Shown here in pieces: positions 1-13,500 of a stretch of DNA of 64,000 nucleotides. Source of the DNA: Ylistrum balloti (lineage: Eukaryota); assembly GCF_031769215.1 (NCBI RefSeq), contig NW_026782129.1:806001-870000 (forward strand), read 5' to 3'. The position numbers were made by a program, and so were the translations under genes. A model generated the notes under the pieces. It worked only from the letters and a program-made list of their open reading frames with translations. It did not search any database and had not been told where the DNA came from. Within the stretch, counting starts at the first letter, position 1, and each line of letters opens with the position of its first letter.

Positions 1-99
1 TTTTCTGTGACTTTTTAAAAAGTCTGTTCTGCCTTTTTCCTGATTTTACTGAAGTGTTTGGGAATGTTTCTAACCTCGAAAACTTTCTTTCAATCTTGC

Positions 100-730
100 A
101 TAGACATGGCAACATAATCATAATTAAACACAAATTCCATAAAACTAGGGCAACCCATGAACAAAAAAAAAGATTTACACGGAGACTACTGGAAAAAAGG
201 TCATGGAGAATAGGACCATGTGCTCCGGAAGATTAAGCATCTTCTGCTTCATCGACAACACCCGCAATGTAAAACTTGGTCAATCCGTCTAAGTAATGTC
301 ACGTTCTCAAAAGAGAACAAGGTATACAACAACGGATCCAATGGGCAAACTAACGAGCATCAAATACTTCTTGTCACACAAAGAAATGAAACATTTCTCA
401 ATGAGATCTCTATGGCGACCATAAAACTTCCCTATAATGTTCATCAACCTGCATCGTTTGAAACCGTGTGTTACAAGTTTGTCAGTCAGTTGACGACTTC
501 TTGCCCGAAAATAACGGTACATTTAGAACAGACCCTTCGATATCGAATTAACTATGACATGTAAATTCCATAGGCTGGAGATGCTATCAAGAAATTTGAA
601 ATTGACAATAGGGAAATTGAGTCATCACGTTTATCATACAGCTTGATGGAAAGCTTTCCATTGTAGTTTCGTTACAGGAAAGGATAGAGATAAGCAACTA
701 GTGTAGAAGAGTCTGTCTTCTATCTGAAGG
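100..730 (-). mobile_element. Penelope-like element (PLE), 3' fragment
   Basis: Minus-strand relics TDSST, KLYDKRDD, PAYGIYMS*LIRY, DKLVTHGFKRCRLMNIIGKFYGRHRDL, followed by the shared 3' non-coding end. Confidence 0.8.
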
Positions 731-904
731 TGAAAGTAAACTTCACCGTCTAAGCATGACAAGAAGCATCTTTGATCTTACTTCCGTGCAGATTGCTAGC
801 TCTGGTTAAGCATGAATCATCTGCTATTATTTAATGGAATTGAGTTTAAATTCCTCGTATATGCTTGACCTTTAACCTGATTCATACTTATTATTATTAT
901 TAAG

Positions 905-3654
905 GAATGGATTCTTGTGTCTACTTGTTCTGTTTACCGGAGTAATGATTGGCATGTATTCCACATGGGTTACCATATTTGGAATAACGTTCGAACATCT
1001 CGGTATTGCTCAGGTAAGGTACTTTTATATATTAAACTGTGTTGGTCATGTTCTTCACACTTGGTTCATCTCCTTTCAAGTGTCGTGCATCAATGACAGT
1101 TCCTTCTTAATCATTTCAATAAGCCATTCTAGGTACGTTATGTGAATTAAAATATCATTTCATCGAAACATCGGTTGATGTAACGGATTCTTTTATTTCT
1201 ATGACTTTATGCTGTGAAGTATTTGTTGTGTAAAAAGTGTCAATGCTTTCATACATACGGACAAATCATGAAAGTAAAACAAATAAGACTTCTTATAAAA
1301 TGTATCAAGTGATAAATTATGTTATATTTAAGGCAGTTGCTACCCTTTGCAGTTGATCATGATTTTAGCACCCACTAAACTTTCCTGTGATGCATACAGT
1401 ATGTGATTTATTCAATGGGTAGGTTTCTGAATGTTGATACTAGATTCAACAGTAGACAACATGACTCTGGTACGGTAGAATGTACTATTGTTTTTGTGGC
1501 TATAGATCTTACTTAATTTGTTAAATACTTTGCAGACAGAAGCTGGATGGCTTGGGTTTTCTTGTCTGATAGCCAGCAGTGTTGTGGGATTTATATCTGC
1601 AAGGTAATGTAGAGCTTATCTGTAACTTACTATGTATCACTTTAACATGCAACATGATATAACTAGTAATGTCAGTTAGCCCAGCTATCATTCGATCAAT
1701 GTTACATTAGATTCATGGAAGCATTTATTTGTAATTCCTTACGTATGCTATATGTTATATCTCCAGGTTTTCTGATATCTGCGCTCGGAGATTGAAGACC
1801 ATCTTGATGATAATGTTGATTATTGCCAGTCTTATGTTCCTGTGGGTTTCCTTGTTATGTAGTCAGTACATTGAATACAGTGAAGGTATGATTATAACCC
1901 CCATGTAGTATAAATCACAGTTGGTGTGCAAAACAAGTAGCAGATACTTGTGAAACGAGTTCAGTAATATGAAATTATTATTACTTAATATGATTTCAAG
2001 AGCATAAGTAACAAATAACGTATAGGGACAGGCGCTTGATATCATTCCGTTAAACATCTTTTAAATGATACTCATCGTCATTTAAATGAAGACTACTCAT
2101 ATCCCAATCAGCTTGAATTTTCTTTGATATAAAAAACATTTTGTTAAGTGTATCTACAAATAAGTTGTTCCTACAAGTTCTTATAGTTTTCGTTGATCAC
2201 ATACGCTTGAATGATCATTATTTTCTTTTTAAATTATTTCACTCGATACCAAACCTTTGGTCGTCCACATTTACAGGTATTTAGTTGGATATGGAACTGC
2301 AAGAGTAGAAAAAAACAAGGTCTCCAATGAAGGTTTTCCTCTAAATTTCACGAAACCACTAACTCTTGGCAATTACAAAGGTCGAAAACATTTGAAATCA
2401 TCTCTTTCATAAAGCTTAGTTTTTATCACGATCAAAGCTATTTTTCTAACATTAATAAACTTTTCGTATTTTGCTATAGATAGGTAATATGTTATTTAAG
2501 TGAGTCCTATTTTTGTTTTAGAACAACTGTATGCATCGACAGTTATTGCCTGTGCCTTCCTCAACGGTTGTGTACCGTTACTATATGAACAGATGTGTGA
2601 TGCCGCTTTTCCTATTCCAGAGGGTATCATTGTTGGAATATCTGGACTTATAACAATGCTAGGAGGCATATTTTACATACTGCCAATCTCCCTCGTCGAG
2701 TTTGAAGGCACGTGTATTTTAATTGACCAGGTTTGACTGACGCCTTTCAATGTATCCTTAAAACCAATCCCATATGAAATGGATGAAGTATGATACTTTA
2801 TTGAAATATACGGTAATGCGCTCTATTTGCCCAATCTGTTATTAGATTCGTGGTTAGCGATTGTAATTAAAACCAAACAATAGGTCCAAATCCAGAAACA
2901 TTTGCTAAGAGGAAACTGTGTACATGAAACTGATTATAAGTTAAACAAGTAACATATGTACATCAGTAACAAAAATTATAAACATAAGGTCATTGCCTTT
3001 CGCTCATTTAACACTATGAACGTGTACACACTGAACTCACATAGTTATGAAAAATGTTGCCAGATATTAGCAGAAATGCTTGAACAAGATATGATGTGTA
3101 GTACATGTTTCACATTTGCTGATTGGTTTTGAAAATTCAAAAATATTGGAATTTACATGTACCGAACTACAAAGATACACGTTTTGAGAGAGGCTATTGA
3201 TATATATCGTCGAAAGGTTCAATGACCAGGTGATAGTAGTGTGAGTCTTCAGATTTAAGTAGACCCCCANNNNNNNNNNNNNNNNNNNNNNNNNNNNNNN
3301 NNNNNNNNNNNNNNNNNNNNNNNNNNNNNNNNNNNNNNNNNNNNNNNNNNNNNNNNNNNNNNNNNNNNNNNNNNNNNNNNNNNNNNNNNNNNNNNNNNNN
3401 TTTGGTAATCTATTCAGAGGACAAATTATAAAAGATATTTACTTTTGCTGTTTTCAGATAACTCATGGTTGGAATGGTCAATACTAGTGATATGTGTGAT
3501 TGGTTGTCTCGTAGTGCTGATCACCCCCCAGAGGAATGGACGGAGCGATCTCGATTTGTCCATTCATGTGACTAAGACCACTCACTATAAAAGATTCGGA
3601 GAAGATCAGAATAACTTCCTTGTTACAGAGAAAAAAGATACTGAAAATGCCTGA
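905..3654 (+). CDS. SLC49A4: SLC49A4/DIRC2-like MFS transporter, copy A (3' part only, exons 8-12; 5' exons lie upstream of the window)
   Basis: Exons 905-1013, 1536-1603, 1767-1885, 2522-2707 and 3458-3654 join in frame. The four internal exons match copy B in size (109/68/119/186 nt). Peptides include NGFLCLLVLFTGVMIGMYSTW, EAGWLGF, FLNGCVPLLYEQMCDAAFPIPEG and WLEWS...PQRNGRSDLD. The intron 11 donor is GC (2708), or a weak GT 6 nt later. Confidence 0.88.
3270..3400. other. Assembly gap (N run) in intron 11 of copy A
   Basis: N characters. Confidence 1.
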
Positions 3655-6121
3655 TAAAAGCTAAAATTTTGTTCTCTGTTGATAAGTAGGACATTAGACA
3701 TTTATATTGAAATAGACCCTACATCATTATGTGTTGAGCCGTAAAATATGTTATATTTCGAAGTAAGAATTAGTAATTTATGTAACTCATTTTTTCTCAT
3801 GCTATGTTTTAAGACATTGTTGTAATTGGTTGCTATGATTGTTTTGTTAATGTTTTTGTTAAATTACTTTTTTTTTCATTATCATACGTGTATTTTCATA
3901 GTTTTTATTGCTATCTTTTTTAAATTGTTTGCGTCAATATGTTGAACTACATGCTATTTGTTTTACTTGTTATTTTGTAAACTTTCGTCAAAGTGTTTAA
4001 ATACATGATGTGTTGTTGTCAGAGATCTTGTCTATGTTTTCATTGCATGATTCTAATTCCGACGAAGAAACTTTAGAACGAATTATTGGTTATTAATTAA
4101 TGTTCTGTAATTTAGCATTTACTTCAACTCACCTGGACAATATGTAGCGACGCACGTTTAAATTAGTACTACTTTACAATTTTGATGCTTTGCCTGTTTT
4201 TCACAACCTCTACGTGTAATCTTGTCACACTTAACTTTACATGACAACTAAAAGATACACTGACCAGGAACCTGTTTGACAAACGTTTTCGTTCCGTCAG
4301 TCGAGAAGAATAACTGGTTTGTGGAAAAGAGGTAAGGAGGTATCGCTATATCAGAAACATACAACTGAAAAAAAAACGTTGGCATATTACCACGTTACGT
4401 TGATAAATTGATACTACTGCACTATAGTGCTATTGCTAGTTTGAAGTTGACCAAGCAATGACAGGAGGAAAGATATGTTCCACTAGGGCATTAACGCGCT
4501 CTAAACATTTGGATAGATATGTGTTATTCACAAACTAGTCATACGAAACCTGATGAATATTCCACACCAACTACAACAAACGTGAATTGCGTAAATATAT
4601 GATAAACAGGTTTTCAGCGCCTTTTGTATTTCTTGTCTCTGATATCTTAATCAATTAAACCCGTTTACTTAAATCACATATGAGTCACCATGATCGTTTG
4701 TCTGCTTATTCAAATTCCGTTTCAAATTGTCATACTGCACTGTTAGCATGTAAACAAAGATGACCTTGGCTTTTGTGCCAATAAACTGAGCCTTTCAACA
4801 GATGACTGTTGACATTTTATTCTTTCATTCATTCATTTAACTTTCAATTTGTTTAGGACACTTCTCAAACCTACATACTTATACTGATTTATAGTGTTTA
4901 ACAGTTCACTATTTATAAATGAATTTTGTTCGATTACGAAACTCACATCTGCAAATCACATGATAAAAGGAACCCTCCCCCCTTTACAAAACCTTGAATG
5001 GCCAATTAAATAAATAGAAATGATAAATATCGACAAACGAGATATACAAGGAATACATTAATAAACGTAATAAACAATCACTTCATCGACATTCAAATTC
5101 TGTCGCCTTAAGAGTTTTATATACCTGAGCTACGCAGGTCAGCTTAGTTAAAACATATAGTCATATGCAATATGTGTAAGAGTATACAAAAAGGAAAATA
5201 GGAAGAACATTGTCGGCAACATTTTCTCCCTCAATGTCCATTCAAAGACAGTCATTATAATAGATAAAGATAACATATTCTTCCCTTAGTGGTTGGAAGC
5301 ATACACGCTCAAGCGGTGAAGCACTATCAACTATTTGACCCTGTCTCTTTGCTCTGATCTTCATTTCTGTATTTTTTTGTTTACAGTTCACTGTTCCTCT
5401 TTTGATATTTTGTTTCAATATATATATGGATATATGGAACAACACTAACCGTGACTTAAGCATGATATATACACCGGTATCTATACGCACGTGTGTAATT
5501 ATAAATATAAATAAAAGGTTCAGTATTAACCTGTTTTGCCGCAACATGCCAGGATGAACACAATTTTTTTCCACTCTTTCATGTGACTTCAGTGAAAATC
5601 TTTATATTTCTGAAAGATGTCTTCATATAAGATTGACCAAGAATCAAGATACTATGCCTGCAACGAGTGCTTTCAAATGAATGACACTGATACCCTTTCA
5701 CAGAGTAACGTCAGCTATCTTTTTAAACATCAAATTATTTCTCTGTAAATAAGAGACAAAGATAAAAGATATTTATTTACGATTGTAGCATGCTTGGTTA
5801 AAGAGCTGAAAAGCTTGCGCAAATGAATTACATTAACCACTTTCACTCATAGTATAATCTTTAAACAACTAAATCATTTAAAATCCAAGTGTCTTGCTAT
5901 TATAATGAGATGGCAAAATGAAGGTTTTTCAAATGTTGTTCAAACTTTATTTGTCATTTGTGGTAAACATTTTTTCATACAAGTTGGTCTACTATTGACA
6001 TGTTTGTTCAGCAGCGTGTTTGAATGGATTAAAGTAAAAGTTCTTGCAAGCTTGTATGGCCAGATGCTAAAAGTATGTATGAGTTGTACCTTTTTTGATA
6101 TAGCACACCTGTGCCTTCATG

Positions 6122-6994
6122 TAAAGTAAAACACGTTTATAACGAACACGCTTATAACGAATTAACGGTTATAAAGTAGTCTTTTTCATTCCCCGTCAAT
6201 CGCCCTATCATTTATATGTTATAACCAACATATGTAACGATTTTCACATAGCGAATTAATGTCTATAAAGTAGCAGCTTTTGGGTCTGCTCAGGTGAATA
6301 TCAGTGCTAATTAATAACCATATAACGTAGCGGCCTCGGCCAGTCGTGACACCTGAGTGAAGTAAGTCGTGTGTCCTGTATCGACACCCGTGTCCAGGTA
6401 AGTTTCAATTACGTACATGTAAGATTGACGAATAAAGTGAGTTGTTATTATACGTACCAGCGTTCTATTGTTTTTTGAGTTTTGAGTTACTGAACTGATT
6501 TTTTTTATTCAAGTTTTTCTCCATAATCACATACAACTATACAATCTCACCTCACAATGATCCAAATTTGTGTACACACATACTTTGTAATAGTGTTAAA
6601 AATTGGAACCAAATACCAAATTATTTGTGAAGTAGACAATAGAGAAAAGGCTAAAAAGGATATTGCAGATAGCTTCGAAATTCCAGCAACAAAACTGAGC
6701 ACAATTTTAATTGAATGCATTACATACCATTCAAAAGACCCTTAACAAGATCTCAGACAGTAACAAAAAACAAACTGTTATTTGTGATTTTTTCAAGTAA
6801 CTATTCGAGTTTTTCCGAAGAAATGTGAATTGTTGTTTATGTGGACATAGTATACATGTAATGAAATATAATAATGAAATAAGACTCCTTTATTTTTATT
6901 GCATGTACAATTCCTATAACGAATTATGCGTGACTGTTTGCCAAAGTTCGTTATATGTGTCCCTAGAGGTTCGTTATAAACGTGTTGTAGTTTG
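6122..6994 (+). mobile_element. Internally deleted pogo/Tigger-type DNA transposon
   Basis: Perfect 18-bp inverted repeat AACACGTTTATAACGAAC (6130-6147) / GTTCGTTATAAACGTGTT (6969-6986). Internal peptide LKIGTKYQIICEVDNREKAKKDIADSFEIPATKLSTIL (~6596-6710) fits the CENP-B-type N-terminal HTH of pogo transposases. Confidence 0.78.
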
Positions 6995-7324
6995 ACAAGG
7001 TAAGGGTCGGACAGAACCAACGGAAATAACCGATTACTTAAAAGAATGGCAAAGTTGTAGGAACAAAAGAGAAGAAGACAATTGAATCATTTTAGTGAAG
7101 CGGTAGCCTACAGGAATAATTATTTGTTTGTTTTGTTTATTTGTTTTTGGTGTTTTGCTTTTATAGTAAACTTTCTCTTATAATTCTTACTCTGTTAAAA
7201 ACATTCCCGTTACAAGAACATATGATTTTCCTACCCTACTATCATACTCCATTCTTTGCTGAAAGAACACATTCGTTCTGTCTGTTGTAATATATCGAAA
7301 ATATAATCAAAACATGTCACAACG

Positions 7325-7960
7325 ACTTGAAAAGTGGTTTACTATCAATTTCAGATATATTGATGACGTCTTGTCTTTAATAGGAAGGAATGTATTGACC
7401 ACACCTGTCGTATATATCCACTAGAACTTGAAATCATCCGCTTATCGCGATCTTTTCCTACAAGGAACCAAAATGGACAGCTTTCCACCAAGCTGTATGA
7501 GAAGCGTGATGATTTCAATTTCCTTATTGTAATTTTTTCATGTCGGAATAACATTATCCCTACGCCTCCAACCTATGGTATTTACATGTCACTGTTCATT
7601 CTGTATTCAAGGGCCTGTCCCCATTATCACGATTATCACGGTCGTCATAGTAATCGCATTAAGAAATATTATATTTCTTTGAGCGATATGAAGTTGGACG
7701 TGCTTGATGCGCGTTAGTTTGTCTGTTGGTTCTGTTGTATACCTTGTTCCAATTTAAGAACGTTGAATTACTAACTTGGATTGATCGAGGTTTATAGGGC
7801 AGGTTTCATCGAAGAAAACGCTTACTTTTCGGAACTCCTGGTTTCATTCTCCTTGTACTTTTTTCGGGAGTCTCCATGTCTTTCTTTTGTTCATGTTTTG
7901 CCCCGGTTTTGTTGAATTTGAGTTTGGATTGTGGTTGTGTTGACATGTTGGTTTTTTCTT
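7325..7960 (+). mobile_element. Penelope-like element, RT C-terminal half plus 3' end
   Basis: FRYIDDVLSL, ELEI, LSTKLYEKRDDFNF, PTYGIYMSL..YSRAC with indels, followed by the shared 3' end. Confidence 0.85.
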
Positions 7961-8091
7961 GTTTTTCTTAAACGATAAGTAAGAATTTATGTTTATGATA
8001 TGGGGAGCACAGAAGACACAAAACTGAATTGCACCTTTTTTTATACAAGTTTATATTTAGGTACAGCAGAGCCAAAAAAGGAATAAAATTT

Positions 8092-8133
8092 CATCACACA
8101 ACTGTTTCGTCCCTCTAGAACTCATCAATGATG
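8092..8133 (-). ncRNA. Minimal type I hammerhead ribozyme motif H1 (decayed)
   Basis: Minus strand CATCA-TTGATGA-GTTC-TAGAG-GGAC-GAAA-CAGTTG-TG-TGATG. Stems I and II pair; C3 is U and the cleavage nucleotide is G. Confidence 0.8.
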
Positions 8134-9189
8134 CTTATGGTCTAAATTATGAAGCCTTAAAGATATGACTTACAATAATCCCAAAATGATAAAAAAATGT
8201 CAATATCTAGATTGGGATTAATAGATTTATATTATGGAATTAATATTTTTCCTCTTGTTTTAACGAAACCACGACGATAATGATTGGATGATTATTCTAA
8301 GCACCCTCGATCATTTTGTATCAAGAAATATAACGTGACAACTAATATTAAAAAAAAAGCATCCGAACTGAAGGTTAAACTATACATGCAATCACTTGTA
8401 AGATGTCATTTGACGCAATGTCACGTGGCTAGATGCGGGAGATATCATGGTACTAGAACGAACGTGCCATACAATATGTATAGGGGCACGATTCTCATCA
8501 TTACATGAAGGATAGGCCACAAATCTTGACGAATCAAAACATATTCGGTATAAACCAGTTTCGTCTGGACCTTGGTAAATGCAAAGCGGGTTGTAGGCAC
8601 AACCTATATTTAGGGTTAAACCCCGTGACTTTGAAAGTCATTAAAACTACATGGATGTATTTGTTCAAATAAGAGCTGTGATTGGAAAACATTTGCGTTG
8701 GCTGTAAAATTTTATTCGAGCAGTATGTCTATATAAGTAATGCTTGTCAAGACTGCAAATGCTACTGTTTTATTCACGTGTTTGTACAAACGCGAATATA
8801 GAAAAGACTATCGTTTTGATAAATATACACACAAGTACATGACATGGAACTATTTAAACATCGTATTAGGGGTTTTGGCTGAAAGCAAATATTTCAGTCA
8901 ATATGTGTTGTCCTCTAATTTGTAAAAAAAAAAACCACTTAATAAAATAAAATCCAAATTTCTATTTTCAGTGTGCCTTAAGACCCAATATGTATCTGTA
9001 TATCATATCTCACACTGGCATGTATTTTATGCTACAGCGCAGTTGATGTGCGCTTCAAAACCAGAAACTTATTGAACTTTATCTACACCTTTCATGCAAT
9101 CACACTTGATAACATATTTCAGAACGTCTAAGAAAAGCAAGGTGTTTCTTTTGAAAACGCTTAAGCGTGATAGACCACTTCTCAGGAAC

Positions 9190-9350
9190 AGATTATGTAC
9201 ATTACGTTGGTTCTTGTTCTCATCCTTATTGTTTTAAGCAATCGAAAAAAATCAATTGCCCTGCGGGCTTGCATATCAATCATTTGTTCACCTCGATGAA
9301 ACAACTTAACACTTACAAATGCACCATTATAAAAATGATTGGGTGGTTTT
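9190..9350 (-). mobile_element. Possible LINE RT C-terminal relic
   Basis: FYNGAFVSVK...QARRAIDFFRLLKTIR resembles the F.YNGSF..AK...QARKA.F.LLKKIR segment found downstream of the RT domain in some LINEs; short and unconfirmed. Confidence 0.33.
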
Positions 9351-10541
9351 AAGGCTATTAAAAGAGAGGAAACCATCCTCTGATATTCATTAAGTAAAAT
9401 AGATGGGCAAGGCATTTCTATAATTTCCAGGAACCAATATTTATATATAATATTCAGGATATTTTCCGACCAGTTTCAGACAAAACACTTAATAACGTAG
9501 ACTTACTTGTTAATACATCTCAAAAAGAAATTATTGGCCAGAATACGACGAAAACCTTAATAAAATGCACGTACTTAATATTTTTCACTTCAACGATATC
9601 AGCAAATGGGTTAAATTTGAGATGACATGATACTTGTACTTTTGCTTTACAATTTTATTATCTTTAATATTGTTTCTCCAATATGGAACTTAACTAACAA
9701 CGTTTAGGAGATTTTAACATGAAAAGTCTTCTTTTTTCAGTATAATTAATATCTTAACATTGCCTTAATTATCGAATCCATACTCCATATATGATGAATC
9801 TATTTATGCACTTGTAAAAAGAAGTTTTAAGTAATCCCAAAACAGAGAATTGTATCTCTAGAGAGCTACCACATCACGCAGTATCAAGGTCACATGTTCA
9901 GATGTCTGATTACAGATAAAACAACCTCATATACATAATCTCTCATTGTTATTGTTGAGGTATATGGCTATCCTGTTTTTGCGTAACCAGTTATAACTGC
10001 TCTTCTCCTGTTCCAGCAAAGACTTGGGCTAATAATAACTAACACTATTCTGTAGAGAAGTCTTAGTATAAATAGATCCACGAAAAATCAGTTGAGTAGT
10101 TTTTAAGTAACTTGTCATTCAAATAACCACGTTTGTACCTGAGGGATAAATCAGAGTAAGTATTTCGACAAGGTACATGTTTATCATTGTAAAGACCATT
10201 GATGTCATGCAAATAGAATACTGCCAGGTTGATTTGACAACGTTACTGTTAACATATTTACTTATTTTAAAACGATAGAACAAACGTCAGTTGTCAACGA
10301 TGTCCTTTAGGCTTGTCGATTAAAGCATAAGTCATTTACATGTCTTACGCCTTAATATCGAATAATTCATTCTTGCATTAGTTACAATAGAATACTTCAA
10401 TTTGATTGTCTCAATCTTATCCTCCCTTTAATTGATTTGAAATTTCACATTTCACCCCGACCGATGATTCATAGTTACAACAATGTAACAATAACATGGT
10501 AAATAACCGAAAGTAATCTACGTTTTTCAGAATTCATAGCA

Positions 10542-13500
10542 ATGGATGAGGTGAAGCCATTACTGCTCCTGAAACCAAAGGCGTACGCCCGCCGTTGGTG
10601 GGTTCTTATGTACGTCAGCCTGGTGATGGTATTCATCGTACTCAGTTGGAATACATGGGGCCCTATCAGTCAGTCAGTAGAGTATGGTTTTGGCTGGGAC
10701 AATTCCATTATAGCAGATATCCTCACGGTTGGACGAATAGGGGCTTTTTGTAGTATCATTCCATTAAGTTACCTGGCAGATATGAAAGGTAAGTGGAACT
10801 TGTAGTAATACTGATTAATTCATCACAATTTTCTCATTTTTTTCAGTCAAAACATGGAGAGTTGCTTTCTACGATAGTTCTTTTTGGCATTAATGTTTAG
10901 GTCATCCTGACCCATTGTGTTTCGTCCATCGTCGTGCGCTGTTCGCCATGCGTAAACTTTTCATTAAAATGATTTCTTTTAATAACCAAAAGGGCAAGGG
11001 TGCTGATATTGCGCTAATAAATGATATTGATCCACTTTCAAGGTCAAAGGGACTAAATGTTTTTTAAAAGTTTTTTAAACGATTTCTTTTCAATGACCAG
11101 TAGTCCCAGTGTGCTGAACATGTAGAATTCTGAGATGAAGTTCTACCAAGGTTTTTCTTATTGTCGACCCTAACCCACAAGAGATATGCACATATTAAAA
11201 ACAAATATGTTTTCATTTATAAATTCCGGTTGACCTGTATGTTTGAAATCTACATCTATCTTATATCATTATGTTTACTTACTACCTGATTTCACCAACT
11301 TCGTACAATGCTTAGCATAAGTTGGATATAAGATCTGCTCACTACTGGAATAATCATGATACATGAAATTAATTATTTGGTGTGATAATATGTCTGTGTA
11401 ACGTTTCCTCATTATTGAAAGTCTCCCACGTACGCAATTATCTTTCTTGTTTAACTTTTGACGTGGAATTTTATTCGCTTGACCTAAAATTCCAAATTAT
11501 ATATACCAGTGATGGGTCTTAAGTGGACAGCGTCATCACATTGTCTTGCATTTACACAAAGAAATATCTTGCGATGTCAATGAAACAAAGGGCAAATATT
11601 TCACACTAAAATATTTCATCATCGCAAAAAAAGCAGTTAGAAACATCATGAATTAAGAACGAATTCCTAATAAGGAACGAAATCGAAATTTTGTTAATTT
11701 CTAGGAAGATTCTATGACAGCTACCGTTCTTTTTGTTTCCTAAAGGGATCCGTTATGCTATGATTACAAGCACGACTATGGTACTCGCTGGATATGGATT
11801 TCGTTGCGCCATAAATCAATCAACTTCAACGTGGTTTGTATATTTTTTTCTTATTTAAATCTGACATGATGATGTTACTTAACTGAATTGTCATTGCTTT
11901 GTTAAAATATTGAATCTAAAGTTGTGATGTGAATTACGAGCTCACCGAAACATATTGGTACTCGACATGTGATCGATGTGATTCTACAAACCGTGTCATT
12001 TTGTTAGTATATTGTCAATTAACAGCATTTTGTCCGAGTGAGCTATGTTGATAAATGTTCTGCATCCATTCATAAGCGACAATTACCACTATTAATGTTA
12101 CAGCTAATTTTGTATCCACTAATTACTATGATGTGTTATAAATTGATATATCAGTCCTATAGTTAAGTCTTCTTTCCTGATATATTTCTCTGTATAGGCC
12201 AGCATTGTTAGGGCAGATATTTGTCGGTAGTGGGATGGGGATTGCATACAGTGGTCCAGTCGCCATGTCAGCAGCGTGGTTTCCACCAAAAGAACGTGCC
12301 ACGGCCACATCTATTACCGTTATGTGTACATATTTTGGATATGGGATGGCCTACATTATCCGTACGTATTTAATTCCCTGTCTCATCTGACTTTGTCGAG
12401 GGAGCTCTTTTGAGACCACTTCTCTTAACATATATTTATAACGTATATGTTATAAACTAAAATGTCTTAAACTTAATTCTATAACTTTAGATAGCTACTT
12501 ATAATTGGGAAATAGTTTAAACATATCTTATTCAATATGACATTGTGGAATGGGCAAGTATCATGATATATCTTCTGATCACTGCATATTAAAAACACAT
12601 TTAATGAATTGAGCATGTGATAACAGCAATGTTATCTATCATTAGTACAAAATAAGTGCTTATGGCTTCTCCTGAAGCCACAACTATGTTTGAACCGTAG
12701 ACGTTTCGATATTTTTCTGAAAACTGATATCGTGCATTTTCTTCATAGATCCACTACTTGTATCAACACCCGTATTTGGTGAGGATGTCTCCTCTTACTG
12801 GAATACTAACCAAACGTAAGTCTTTCATATAAACTTCTTGTCACTTCTTGTGCTAAAGCAGACAGAATGTTTGAATCGAAATTTATTACAGAAAACTCAT
12901 AATGTCCTCTATTAACATTTCCCAAAGCAATAAATTATTTCATGTCTAAAATACCCCGAAACAGCTATCGTGAAAATAATGAACTATTTGAAAATCTCGG
13001 GAATTCCTGTTTGGTGCTGGTATATACGTAATGAATGGTTGTAATATAATATGTCAAAATGTATCAATTGCATTTACTTTTTGATAGGAATTTTCTTTTG
13101 GGTGCAACTATTTACAGGCTATAAAAAAGATACATTTACAAAGTTATCCAGATTAATGAATGAACGTCTCATGTACATTTAAATTGCAGGGAGCGCATTA
13201 ACTATACCGATCACAATCTTAGTACCGCTGCCACCCTGACCAATGGTAGCTCTGGTAAAATTGGTATGTATTCGTATGCTATATTTTACCATTTAAATAA
13301 TAGAAATAAGAAAGCTGTACGAGCAGTAAATTTGAAGAAACAACCCATCAGAATTAGACTTCCTCTTCGACATATCAAAATCTATCGATTGTTATCAGTA
13401 TGTGACTTTGTATTATCGATTTTTATCAGTATGTGACTTTGTATTTGTAACATTGATATCTTTCGTCTTTCAAAATTTAACTTTAAGTAGACAAGTTTCA

